Of a stretch of 64,000 bases of DNA, positions 26,461-35,032 are shown piece by piece. The notes beneath the pieces were generated by a model. That model saw only the letters and a program-made list of their open reading frames with translations. It was not told the origin of the DNA and ran no database searches. The DNA lies in the NCBI GenBank assembly GCA_903847095.1, contig CAINCQ010000016.1:333-64332 (forward strand), in the 5' to 3' direction. The position numbers were made by a program, and so were the translations under genes. This stretch comes from an uncultured bacterium (GTDB lineage Bacteria; Patescibacteriota; Minisyncoccia; Minisyncoccales; UBA5738). How positions within the stretch are numbered: the stretch's first letter is position 1; the number at the start of each line of letters is the position of its first letter.

Positions 26461-27711
26461 CTAGAAAAGCTTTTTTTGCTTACCGGTTGCTTTTGCCACG
26501 ATTTCATCGTCAAAAATTTTAATTTTGCCGTAAACACCATCGTAACCGGGAACAACGGAAACTCTTCCTTCTCTTACTCTTATAACGCCTTCGGCGATTT
26601 CTGGCAAGCTGACTTTTTCCAAATCGGCGCGGGAGGGGCCAAGCAGCACGGCAAATTCCGAACCGAAGTTTTTGACCAGATTATCATATTCCATCTGGAC
26701 TTGTTTTGAAGCCGTCATTACCTTCAGGGCATCGGATATTATTTCTTGCAAAGGAACAAAATGTTTGAAAGGTATCGCTCCCGGAGGCTTATAACCTTCG
26801 GGCCGGTCAGCCAATTCTTCGATCCTGTTGACGACGCCGATCGTCAGCTCCCTTCCGCAAACCGGACAATTACCGTTGTATCTTTTCGATTCCTGAGGCG
26901 AAAAACTGGCATTGCACGCCCTATGGCCGTCAAAATGATATTTCCCTTCCGCGGGAAAAAATTCGATCGTGTATAAGAACTTTTCCGGGTCTTTGTTTTT
27001 TATCGCTTCGATGATTTCGAAATAATCGATCCCGGTGTCGAAGATATTGGCTTCGCGGGCAAGTTTTTGGGGCGAGTGAGCGTCCGAATTGGAAATCAGC
27101 GCTACTCTTCGGCCATCCGGGATCCGCCAAAGCATCTCCGGATCGGCCGACAAACCGGTTTCGATGGCATAAATGTATTTCGTATAATCCTCAAAACATT
27201 CTTGGAGCGAGTCAAATCCGGATTTTGATCCGAAGATCCCAAACCATGGCGTCATCGCATGAGCCGGAACGACCAGACACTGTTCGGAAGCGTCAAGAAC
27301 GATCTTGACAAGCTCTTTGGCGTCGAGTCCGAGGATCGGGCGTCCGTCGCTCGCCAAATTGCCAATTCGGGAAAGCCGGGCGTTGATCTTTTCTACAACC
27401 TCGATCGTTGGGGCATAAACAACGATATGGATTTTTCTTACTTGCCCGTTTTTTGAATAAATACAGCTAACCTCGGCCGAAAGCAAAAAACGGGTCGGGC
27501 TGTTTTTTCCTTTTAATTTAAAAAGTCCGGGCTCGGCCGGTTCCAAGTCGCGATTCAGTTCCGACAACCACTCCGGATGGGTAAAATCACCGGTACCAAG
27601 GATCTTGATACCTTTGATGCGCGCCCAAGCATCAAGCGCCCGGATATTCATGTTGATCGACGTTGCCCTGGAAAATCTTGAGTGCAAATGAAGATCAGCC
27701 GCGAATTTCAT
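26461..27711 (-). CDS. PHP-domain protein, endonuclease Q-like
   Basis: 416-aa ORF. DLHLHSRFSRATS PHP start, later HAMTPW and SDAHS metal ligands, and a CPVCGRELTIGV zinc finger. This layout matches my recollection of EndoQ. Confidence 0.55.
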   Translation of the reverse strand: MKFAADLHLHSRFSRATSINMNIRALDAWARIKGIKILGTGDFTHPEWLSELNRDLEPAEPGLFKLKGKNSPTRFLLSAEVSCIYSKNGQVRKIHIVVYAPTIEVVEKINARLSRIGNLASDGRPILGLDAKELVKIVLDASEQCLVVPAHAMTPWFGIFGSKSGFDSLQECFEDYTKYIYAIETGLSADPEMLWRIPDGRRVALISNSDAHSPQKLAREANIFDTGIDYFEIIEAIKNKDPEKFLYTIEFFPAEGKYHFDGHRACNASFSPQESKRYNGNCPVCGRELTIGVVNRIEELADRPEGYKPPGAIPFKHFVPLQEIISDALKVMTASKQVQMEYDNLVKNFGSEFAVLLGPSRADLEKVSLPEIAEGVIRVREGRVSVVPGYDGVYGKIKIFDDEIVAKATGKQKKLF

Positions 27712-27734
27712 ATATTTGGGTTAACCGCGTCCTC

Positions 27735-27870
27735 TTGTAAATTTATTTATTTTCTTAATGTGTTTCGACGCCGCAGGGCATTAACCCTGCGGATCGACCA
27801 AAGGAGTACCTCCTTTGGAATCCTCAAAATTCGCAACCCCGAGGCAAGACCTCAGGAAGTTGCGAATTTT
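27735..27870. repeat. dispersed structured repeat, copy A
   Basis: An AT-rich head TTGTAAATTTATTTATTTTCTTAATGT is followed by three perfect hairpins (27771-27792, 27798-27818, 27826-27870). Homologous to 60149-60310 (same orientation) and 29111-29255 (inverted). Confidence 0.7.
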
Positions 27871-27878
27871 AAAAACCC

Positions 27879-28310
27879 TTATCCTTTGTCAAAAACCCTT
27901 CTTTCAAGAAAACCGAAAACCACCAGGACGAAAAGAGTGAGCAAAGTGCTGGCTACGGCTTCCACGTAGAGTTCCATGGCTACGGCAATGCCTATTGCCG
28001 AAACGACCCATAAGCCCGCGGCGGTCGTAAGTCCTTCAATGTGCTTCTCTCCCCTAAAAACAACCCCGGCTCCGATAAAACCGATCCCGGTCGCCACTGC
28101 CTGGATCAAATGAGTGGGATCAATCGATCCCCCGGCGGCATCACCGCGCAAATGGAATGTAAGAACTGCAAAAAGAGCGGAGCCCAGGCCAACCAGGCTA
28201 TAAGTTTGAAGACCCGCTCCTCTTTTTTTCATCTCTCTTTCAAAACCGATCAAACCGCATAAAAGAACGGTTAAAAAAAGTTGAAGAATTATTTTAAACT
28301 CCGCATCCAT
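27879..28310 (-). CDS. MgtC/SapB-family membrane protein
   Basis: 143-aa ORF. GFEREMKKRGAGLQTYSLVGLGSALF and TGIGFIGAG are typical of the MgtC N-domain. Confidence 0.75.
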   Translation of the reverse strand: MDAEFKIILQLFLTVLLCGLIGFEREMKKRGAGLQTYSLVGLGSALFAVLTFHLRGDAAGGSIDPTHLIQAVATGIGFIGAGVVFRGEKHIEGLTTAAGLWVVSAIGIAVAMELYVEAVASTLLTLFVLVVFGFLERRVFDKG

Positions 28311-28346
28311 TGATTATTGATCGCTGATTATCGATACCCGCCTTGG

Positions 28347-28931
28347 TCAAATATCCGTTTTTTGCTTTTCTTTCTTGATCGCCGCCAAAACCCTCTCCAC
28401 AAGCTTCAAAGGATCCCGATCGTAGATTATCCTTTTTGAAACCCGGTAAGGCCCGTTGGCTATAGAACGAATCTTGTCGGCCGTCCCGCCCGAACCCTCC
28501 AAAACCCCGATGATCTTCCGGCACTCAAAAGCGGTCGCGAATTCATGCAAAGTTCCGATACGGCCGCAAATTATGATCACGGCATCGGAAGATTTGGTCA
28601 TAATAATATCCCTTCCCACGTAATCGGATCCGGTATAGACCATTACGTCGAACGGTTCGACCGGCAAGCGGTATGTTTTAACATGGGCGGCTTCCGAGGT
28701 CGCGGGAGAAAAACCAACGTTGAACCCTCCGGCTTCCCGGCAACCCTCGGCGCAAAAATAAGGAACCCCGGTAGTCGCTCCGGTGACCAGGGTGCATCCC
28801 TGGCGGGCTATCTCCCGCCCGATCGTCCTTGAAAGCAGTATTACCTTATCGCAACAATGGGAAATCTCCGCCGCTCCCGATACGGCAATTTCATACTGCA
28901 TATTATTTCTATTACTTGACTGATTCGGCAT
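28347..28931 (-). CDS. TIGR00725/SLOG-type Rossmann protein (LOG/DprA-like superfamily)
   Basis: 194-aa ORF. IAVSGAAE..GCTLVTGATTGVP..VIIICGRIGTLHEF pattern. The start is uncertain (alternative ATG at 28901). Confidence 0.5.
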   Translation of the reverse strand: MPNQSSNRNNMQYEIAVSGAAEISHCCDKVILLSRTIGREIARQGCTLVTGATTGVPYFCAEGCREAGGFNVGFSPATSEAAHVKTYRLPVEPFDVMVYTGSDYVGRDIIMTKSSDAVIIICGRIGTLHEFATAFECRKIIGVLEGSGGTADKIRSIANGPYRVSKRIIYDRDPLKLVERVLAAIKKEKQKTDI

Positions 28932-29110
28932 TTCCGCGGCTATTTTAAATTGTCCGAGTGAAGCTGCTTCAAACCAGCGCTATCTTACGCGTAAAAATAT
29001 TTTTTCTTTTTTTGATCCGGCAAATTACCCCGCGTTCCACGCAAGGCAGTTCATTCTTACTTTAAAGCTATTTTATCAAAACGGGAAGCAAAAGTAAAAA
29101 AGTTTCTTGT

Positions 29111-29255
29111 GATATTTTTTATTAGCTAAATACCCCGCATGCTATGCATCGGGGTATTGAGTTAAGAGGATTCCGAAGGGGTGCCCCCTTTGGCTGCAAG
29201 ATCGGGGTTTAATACCCCGATCGCGGAATCAATTTAAAAATATAATATTTATTGG
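29111..29255. repeat. dispersed structured repeat, copy C (inverted relative to A and B)
   Basis: Hairpins at 29129-29158, 29173-29193 and 29200-29222, plus an AT-rich end at 29230-29255. The reverse complement aligns with copy B over its 3' two-thirds. Confidence 0.7.
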
Positions 29256-29538
29256 ATTTAGCCGAACACCGCCGGAAACAAAAACCGCCGGAGATCCGAC
29301 GGGCTTTGGTGAGGGGAAAGCGTTCAGCATGAAATCAGTTAAGGTTTTAACTACAGCCTGGCAGAGGCTATTAGGCCTACTTAACCTCCTTCACGGAAGA
29401 ACATTCTGCCTATTGGGTAAAAACCCTCATCCCCTCAAATACATTCTAGCCGTAAATACTTTTATGTCAAGCGAACCCAAAAGAGGTCCTGAATGCAGCG
29501 AAAATCAAAAATACCGGGTCTTTTTTTACGCCATTTCC

Positions 29539-30609
29539 TCAATCTTTGGTCAATGGATCTTTGTTCATTTTCACCTCCAAACCGTCCTTTCTTCCGTCGC
29601 CGTCGGTATCGGGATTCTTGGGATTGGTGTGATAAATCTGCGTCTCCTGATAGTCGTTCAAGCCATCGCCGTCGGTATCGGGATTTCCGGGATCGGTCCC
29701 AAGAATCAGCCATTCGTTTCCGTCGCCAAGTCTGTCGCCGTCGGTATCGGGATTCTTGGGATCGAGGTTCATGAACAATTCGTTGCCATCGGCAATCCCA
29801 TCCTTATCGGTATCGATCCTGCGCGCTTCCATAAGACCCAATTCCGCGACCTTCAAGCAAAGGTCCTTATAGTCGGGATTGACCACCACATCGCAGTCCT
29901 TGGCTTCCTTGGCTGTGATCATCGCGTCTTCGTCAATGCAGTACTGCCGGAATTCCACAGGCACCTTGGAACAGTCACCTCCATATTTTGACCCGAAGGA
30001 ATTAAGCAGGCACAGGTGGGCGTATTCTTCCGTTCCAAGCTTGGCGCATTCTTTGATGTCGTCCTTTTTACCGCTGGAAGCGATCGCGAAAGACGTTGCG
30101 ACATCCTGGCATTCTTTCAACTCGAAAGATTCGCTGAATACGGTGGCGCAGATACTGGGATCCCTTGAGGCTATCGCCACATCACTCACACATGTTTCTT
30201 TTTTCTTGATATCGGGTATTTTCAAACAAAGATCGACGTCTTTTAAATTATCGGCGACCCGATTCATGCAATCGTTCCTCGTCTCTTCAACTACGATCCC
30301 CCCGCAGGCCAAAAAATTATCCCTATCGATGGCGTCACTAAGGATTATCCCGTCAAGACAAGCCTGGATCTTATCCTTGCCTTCAAGTACCAAACAATCT
30401 TCTTTCGTCATTGGCATCACATCGTAAACATCTTCAACGACGGCCGGACTCTCGCCCTTCCCCACAACCGCTTCATTTTTTTTCGGGGACGGCTTATAAA
30501 AGAAAACTACGTAAAGGATCACAAAACAAAGAACCATGCAAGCGATGCCGCCGTAATAAAAAAGCTGCCTTCTTTTATCGAGCTCTTCGATGAAATTATC
30601 TTCTTCCAT
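29539..30609 (-). CDS. membrane-anchored Cys-rich protein with C-terminal thrombospondin type-3-like calcium-binding repeats
   Basis: 356-aa ORF. N-terminal TM (YYGGIACMVLCFVILYVVFFY), repeated Cys modules, then DTDKDGIADGNE / NPDTDGDRLGDGNE / NPDTDGDGLNDYQE / NPDTDGDGRKDGLE. Confidence 0.7.
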   Translation of the reverse strand: MEEDNFIEELDKRRQLFYYGGIACMVLCFVILYVVFFYKPSPKKNEAVVGKGESPAVVEDVYDVMPMTKEDCLVLEGKDKIQACLDGIILSDAIDRDNFLACGGIVVEETRNDCMNRVADNLKDVDLCLKIPDIKKKETCVSDVAIASRDPSICATVFSESFELKECQDVATSFAIASSGKKDDIKECAKLGTEEYAHLCLLNSFGSKYGGDCSKVPVEFRQYCIDEDAMITAKEAKDCDVVVNPDYKDLCLKVAELGLMEARRIDTDKDGIADGNELFMNLDPKNPDTDGDRLGDGNEWLILGTDPGNPDTDGDGLNDYQETQIYHTNPKNPDTDGDGRKDGLEVKMNKDPLTKD

Positions 30610-30627
30610 TTGATATATTCGAAAAGA

Positions 30628-31995
30628 CTATTTACAATAACATGCGGTCTCGCCCACGCTGAATTGAGATCCGCTTCCTTTGAAATAAATGCGGGCCCAT
30701 GGATCCCATAAAGTTACATTGGGATCACAGCAGGGCTTGAGATTATCCTTGCATTCCCCTCCCTCGCAACAAACGGCCGTGGTCAGGCAATATTTCGCGC
30801 GACAATCATTGGTAACCAGATTTTGGCTTAAACTGCAATCTCCCTGTACGTGATGCACTACGCTTACGCATTTACTTTTTTGCCAATTTGCCAAACCAAC
30901 CCCGATGCACACCTGTCCTTTTTTTGCGCAAACCGAGTCGCAATCAATGGCCTGGCTCTCACAGGGAACCATCATGTTATTGATCTGCCCGCCGCTACCA
31001 TCCCCCAATTTCACGAAATCACGGATCCTGACGATATCAAACGACGTAGTATCAAGATTATCTCCCCGGTTAAAACAGCATTCATCGACCAATTTAGGGG
31101 TGAGGGGCTTACAAACGACCTTATTGTAGGTTGGGGAATCGGCCTCGGTATCACAAATATATTTTCCCCTCTGGCAGTATTTTTCCCGGTCGGTCATATC
31201 GTTGGTAAGCCAACAACCCTTGCCAACCTTCGCCTTATCCACTCCTTCGCAAGCCGCGACCACGATTATTTTACATTTCTGGTCGCACATATTTTTAAAA
31301 TCTATACATTGCTGGTCGGTACTGGCCGGATTCCTTATTTTGCACGCCGCCAGCGATTCGTTATAATCGCATTTCTCATCGCCGTCCACAACACCATTGC
31401 CGCAATATTGAGACTTGCAAGTAAGAGGATCGCAATGTGCGATTATCTCATTACACATCGCGATGGAATAACCGCCTCTCGCCTGGCAAGCCTCGACCGT
31501 CATGTTCGGATCGCACCCCTCCTTAACCTGCCAAATGCCGTCGCCGCATTCCGCGCTTATTTCATCGTGCTGGGAACATTTGGTACTGATCTTCCACCAA
31601 CTTTCGTTCAATTTGAAACCGTCCCAATCGGCAATCCCCAATGCCATAAACATCGTATTGACAAAAACCCAACCGACGAAAATGACCAAAAAACCGATCA
31701 CCGCCACCGTTATTACATTCTTGGCACTCACCAAAGCGCCGGGATCGCCCTTGCTCCAAACCAAATATCCCCCTCCGAGCAAAAGGAAAAAAGCCGTAAG
31801 AACCGGAATCACTCCAAAGATGATGTAATTCGTAACGCGCCGGGTCATCTCAAAAAAATCGCAAATAGTGCAGGAATGCTGGCCGGGAGCGCCGCAAGGA
31901 ACCAGCGGATCGGCGGCTGCGACAACAACAAAACCGGACAGGAAAAGAATTACCACCAAGAAAAACGAGGCAAAAAATCTTTTTTTCGAAAACAT
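30628..31995 (-). CDS. TrbC/VirB2-like pilin-domain protein fused to a Cys-rich extracellular region
   Basis: 455-aa ORF. Signal peptide, then LVPCGAPGQHSCTICDFF, two TM helices and ..ADWDGFKLNESWWK. These are followed by CGDG..CDP and CGNGVVDGDEKCD repeats and a Cys-dense C-terminus. Confidence 0.65.
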   Translation of the reverse strand: MFSKKRFFASFFLVVILFLSGFVVVAAADPLVPCGAPGQHSCTICDFFEMTRRVTNYIIFGVIPVLTAFFLLLGGGYLVWSKGDPGALVSAKNVITVAVIGFLVIFVGWVFVNTMFMALGIADWDGFKLNESWWKISTKCSQHDEISAECGDGIWQVKEGCDPNMTVEACQARGGYSIAMCNEIIAHCDPLTCKSQYCGNGVVDGDEKCDYNESLAACKIRNPASTDQQCIDFKNMCDQKCKIIVVAACEGVDKAKVGKGCWLTNDMTDREKYCQRGKYICDTEADSPTYNKVVCKPLTPKLVDECCFNRGDNLDTTSFDIVRIRDFVKLGDGSGGQINNMMVPCESQAIDCDSVCAKKGQVCIGVGLANWQKSKCVSVVHHVQGDCSLSQNLVTNDCRAKYCLTTAVCCEGGECKDNLKPCCDPNVTLWDPWARIYFKGSGSQFSVGETACYCK

Positions 31996-32279
31996 CGGGA
32001 GTAATATGGCAACCGTTTTTTTTAAAGACCGATTGTCATTTTTTCTTATTGTATCTCTATCAATTATATCTCAAAAAATTTATTCCACAACATCGAGTTT
32101 TAAAACTTCACGCTAATTACCGTAAATCCGGGCCACGGGTAATTTCGCAGTTTTGATTTGTGTTTTGGAAGGTATTTTGTATTTAGGGAAATTTTGCTTT
32201 CTGTATTATATAATCCTTTCTTTTCTCCAATTGCTAACTACAAATTACCAATTACTGCAAATTTTGTTCGCGAAATTTG

Positions 32280-32355
32280 TGGTGCGCCCGACTGGAATCG
32301 AACCAGTAGTCACCAGCTTCGGAGGCCGGAATTTTATCCGTTAAACTACGGGCGC
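32280..32355 (-). tRNA. tRNA-Arg (anticodon CCG), CCA encoded
   Basis: Hand-folded from the reverse complement. Acceptor GCGCCCG/CGGGCGC. Anticodon stem CCGGC/GCTGG with loop CTCCGAA. T arm ACTGG-TTCGATT-CCAGT, then ACCA. Confidence 0.95.
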
Positions 32356-32367
32356 TTATTAGACTTG

Positions 32368-33408
32368 CTACTTTGTTCCGTAAAGCTCTACTTTTTCATT
32401 CAAAGATTCAACGTTAACCCCCGCCTCCTCCAGCATTTCCCTGGCTTCTTTGGCGGCTTGATATCGATTTTCACAAACAACCCTTTTTATCCCCGCGCTT
32501 ATCAAAAGCTTGGTACAGTCCAGACAAGGTTCAATTTTACAGTAAAGCGTTGCCCCGTCAATACTGATACCGTATTTCGCGGCCTGCGCGATCGCGTTCG
32601 CCTCGGCGTGCACGGTCCTGATACAGTGCTGGGTAATGCTTCCGTCTTCGTGGATGGTTTTCTTGAACCAATGGCCCACGTCATCGCAATGCGCCAATTT
32701 TGGGGGTGCCCCGACATAACCGGTAGCAATTATTCTTTTGTCTTTCACGATCAAACATCCCGCCCGCCCCCGGTTACATGTTCCTCTTTCTCCGACGGAG
32801 CGGACCAACTCCATAAAATAACGATCCCAATCGGGTCTTACGTGAAACGCTTCTTTTTCGAGGTGAGGCATCAAATCGTCGATTTTTTTGAAGTAGGTAT
32901 CCACGTCGCTGTCGTTTACGATCGTAAACTTGGCCATATTCATGCAAGCTCTTATTTGTTGGCTTGATTTATTATCCGACATCATTTCCCTGGCCTCTAT
33001 TTCTTTGAACTCTTCGAAGGTTTTGGCGTCTTTTTCATTCCGGCCGCGGTCAATTATTCTTTTGAACCTAAGCTCCGCCGGCGCGTCAACCGACAGCAAA
33101 ACAAACTTTCCCGAACCAGCCAGTGTTTTGACTTCCAAGGGATTTCTGACGCTGGTAACGACATAATTCTTTTCCTCGTTCATCCGCTCGATCGCTCTTT
33201 TTGCCAATACTCCATTCCCTTCTCTCTCCCTCATTTCATTTCCCTCTTTCACTAAATTATCCCTGGTAATTTCCTGATTGTTTTTTTTGAGCTCTTCCCT
33301 GATCAGGTCGGACAAAGAAATATGTTCGAATCCCTTTAAGATAAGATAGGCGGCGAGTGTATCTTTTCCGGATCCCAAAGTGCCGGTAACTCCAATTTTT
33401 ATCATCAT
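32368..33408 (-). CDS. fusion protein: P-loop nucleoside/nucleotide kinase-like domain + deoxycytidylate (dCMP) deaminase domain
   Basis: 346-aa ORF. N-terminal GVTGTLGSGKDT Walker A. C-terminal HAEANAI..PCLDCTKLL zinc motif (ComEB/dCMP deaminase type). Confidence 0.75.
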   Translation of the reverse strand: MMIKIGVTGTLGSGKDTLAAYLILKGFEHISLSDLIREELKKNNQEITRDNLVKEGNEMREREGNGVLAKRAIERMNEEKNYVVTSVRNPLEVKTLAGSGKFVLLSVDAPAELRFKRIIDRGRNEKDAKTFEEFKEIEAREMMSDNKSSQQIRACMNMAKFTIVNDSDVDTYFKKIDDLMPHLEKEAFHVRPDWDRYFMELVRSVGERGTCNRGRAGCLIVKDKRIIATGYVGAPPKLAHCDDVGHWFKKTIHEDGSITQHCIRTVHAEANAIAQAAKYGISIDGATLYCKIEPCLDCTKLLISAGIKRVVCENRYQAAKEAREMLEEAGVNVESLNEKVELYGTK

Positions 33409-33440
33409 GATGGTTGGTTTAGGGCCTCAAGGGCATTTTT

Positions 33441-34163
33441 CTAATTCTGCCGCTTTTGGGCCACAATGTAAAGATTCCCTTCGTGCGACGCGCGCCCCGC
33501 AATACCCGCTTCAATAATCTTCAATCCGGCGCCAACCGCCAAATCTTTCAATTCGTTCAAGGAAAAACCATGAACGTAGCGCTGGCAGGACTGACGCCAG
33601 GGAATGAAAAAATCCCCGAAATCAAGCTGAGACCTTCCGACCGCCACCAGTATCTGGCTTTTTAAAAAAACGGCCATCCGGCGCCAATTACGGGAAGCCA
33701 AAATCTTTACCGGGCGCAAATCCCAGGCGGTCGCTACGATGATCCCGTCCTTTTTTAAAACCCGGCCGACTTCAAAAAAAAATTTTTGCCGCACCTTTCG
33801 CGACGGCAGGTGGTGCAGAACGGCCAAGCAAAAAACCTTATCAAAATCACCCGCGGGATAAGGAAGGTCGGTCGCGTTACCGACGATAAACTGTTCTCTC
33901 GGGTATTTAATTTTCGCTATTTCGACAAGCTCTCTTGAGAAATCCTGGCCGATATACTTCGCGCCTTTATCCAGGAATTTTGGAACATAACGGCCGTTTC
34001 CGCAGCCAAGGTCCAAAATTTTATCCCCGATCTTTAGATAACGGTCGAATAAAAAACCCAATTGTTCCAATGGCCGCGTTCTGGTAATCGAAAAATTGTC
34101 CGCTATCAAATCAAAATCGCGCTTTGTTTTTTCCATTAATTCTTTCGCGTCCTTTTCTTTCAT
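33441..34163 (-). CDS. class I SAM-dependent methyltransferase
   Basis: 240-aa ORF. ILDLGCGNGRY motif I, then the DKVFCLAVLHHL region. Confidence 0.75.
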   Translation of the reverse strand: MKEKDAKELMEKTKRDFDLIADNFSITRTRPLEQLGFLFDRYLKIGDKILDLGCGNGRYVPKFLDKGAKYIGQDFSRELVEIAKIKYPREQFIVGNATDLPYPAGDFDKVFCLAVLHHLPSRKVRQKFFFEVGRVLKKDGIIVATAWDLRPVKILASRNWRRMAVFLKSQILVAVGRSQLDFGDFFIPWRQSCQRYVHGFSLNELKDLAVGAGLKIIEAGIAGRASHEGNLYIVAQKRQN

Positions 34164-34744
34164 TTTTTTGCGGATTGATTTTTTTCCTCGTATCTTTCCA
34201 ATTCCGGAACCAGGCTTTTGGGATCATTGTCGATCCAGGCCACTCGCATCATCAGCCTGAACCAGGGTGTGTAAATCCCCGGCTTTTCCCGGATATCCGC
34301 CACCAGCTCGTCGCGGCCGATCCATTTCCAGGCATCCGCTTCCTCTTTGTTGATCTGCGGCTCCCCGTCGAACGCGGCAAACAGCACATGGTCGTATTCA
34401 TTCTCGGTAAGCTCCCCAACTTTTACTTTATAAATAAACTCCAGTTGCGGGACATCCCCGCCGCGCCGGCCCCAATTGTAATCAATACCCATTTCTTCTT
34501 TTAAACGGCGCTTCGCCGCGTCATATAAATTTTCTCCCGGCCGCGGATGGGAACAACACGCGTTGCTCCACAAACCCGGACAGTGGTATTTTTTAGACGC
34601 TCTTTTTTGCAACAACTGTTCGCCTTTGGAATTATAGACGCAAATGGAAAAAGCTCGGTGAAGCAATCCCGCGCGATGAACAGCCATTTTCTCTCCCGTT
34701 CCGGTCTGGTTATCGCCATCGTCAACTAAAATTATATCTTCCAT
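34160..34744 (-). CDS. idi: isopentenyl-diphosphate delta-isomerase, type 1 (Nudix)
   Basis: 194-aa ORF. HRAFSICVYNSKGEQLLQKRA..KYHCPGLWSNACCSHP..E motifs of IDI-1. Confidence 0.85.
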   Translation of the reverse strand: MEDIILVDDGDNQTGTGEKMAVHRAGLLHRAFSICVYNSKGEQLLQKRASKKYHCPGLWSNACCSHPRPGENLYDAAKRRLKEEMGIDYNWGRRGGDVPQLEFIYKVKVGELTENEYDHVLFAAFDGEPQINKEEADAWKWIGRDELVADIREKPGIYTPWFRLMMRVAWIDNDPKSLVPELERYEEKNQSAKK

Positions 34745-34753
34745 AAGATTGAT

Positions 34754-34981
34754 CTAATTCAGATCGGCTATTTCAAAGATCTTATTCTGCTGATGGCCGC
34801 CGTGAACAAGCTTCACTTTGCTTTCGAGCAAGCCGAAATAAACCGCCAGAAGCTGGCGGGCGCGATCGTTGGCCATATTCATTTCCGGCTTTTCGTTCAC
34901 CATGATCTCGTATTTATCTTCGGCCAATTTCGTGACCCCTTCCTCTTTTGAACAAGGATATACTTTTACTTTAACCAGCAT
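34754..34981 (-). CDS. DUF167 (YggU-like) protein
   Basis: 75-aa ORF. VKVYPCSKEEGV....EKPEMNMANDRARQLLAVYFG pattern of UPF0235. Confidence 0.6.
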   Translation of the reverse strand: MLVKVKVYPCSKEEGVTKLAEDKYEIMVNEKPEMNMANDRARQLLAVYFGLLESKVKLVHGGHQQNKIFEIADLN

Positions 34982-35032
34982 AAAATTATTTCAAAATCCC
35001 GGATGACGCGGCTCATATCTCTTGGATATCAG

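Noticed and set aside
29580-29770. Three to four direct DNA repeats of about 36 nt (..GCCGTCGGTATCGGGATTCTTGGGAT..).
   Set aside because: They lie inside the CDS on the opposite strand and simply encode the repeated NPDTDGDG calcium-binding units. This is not a CRISPR or regulatory array.
30850-32004. 384-aa plus-strand ORF. Also 29329..29991, 29879..30427 and 32158..32967.
   Set aside because: All are antisense to convincing minus-strand genes (the pilin-domain protein, the TSP3-repeat protein, the kinase-deaminase fusion). ORF 32158..32967 also runs straight through tRNA-Arg. They are shadow ORFs.
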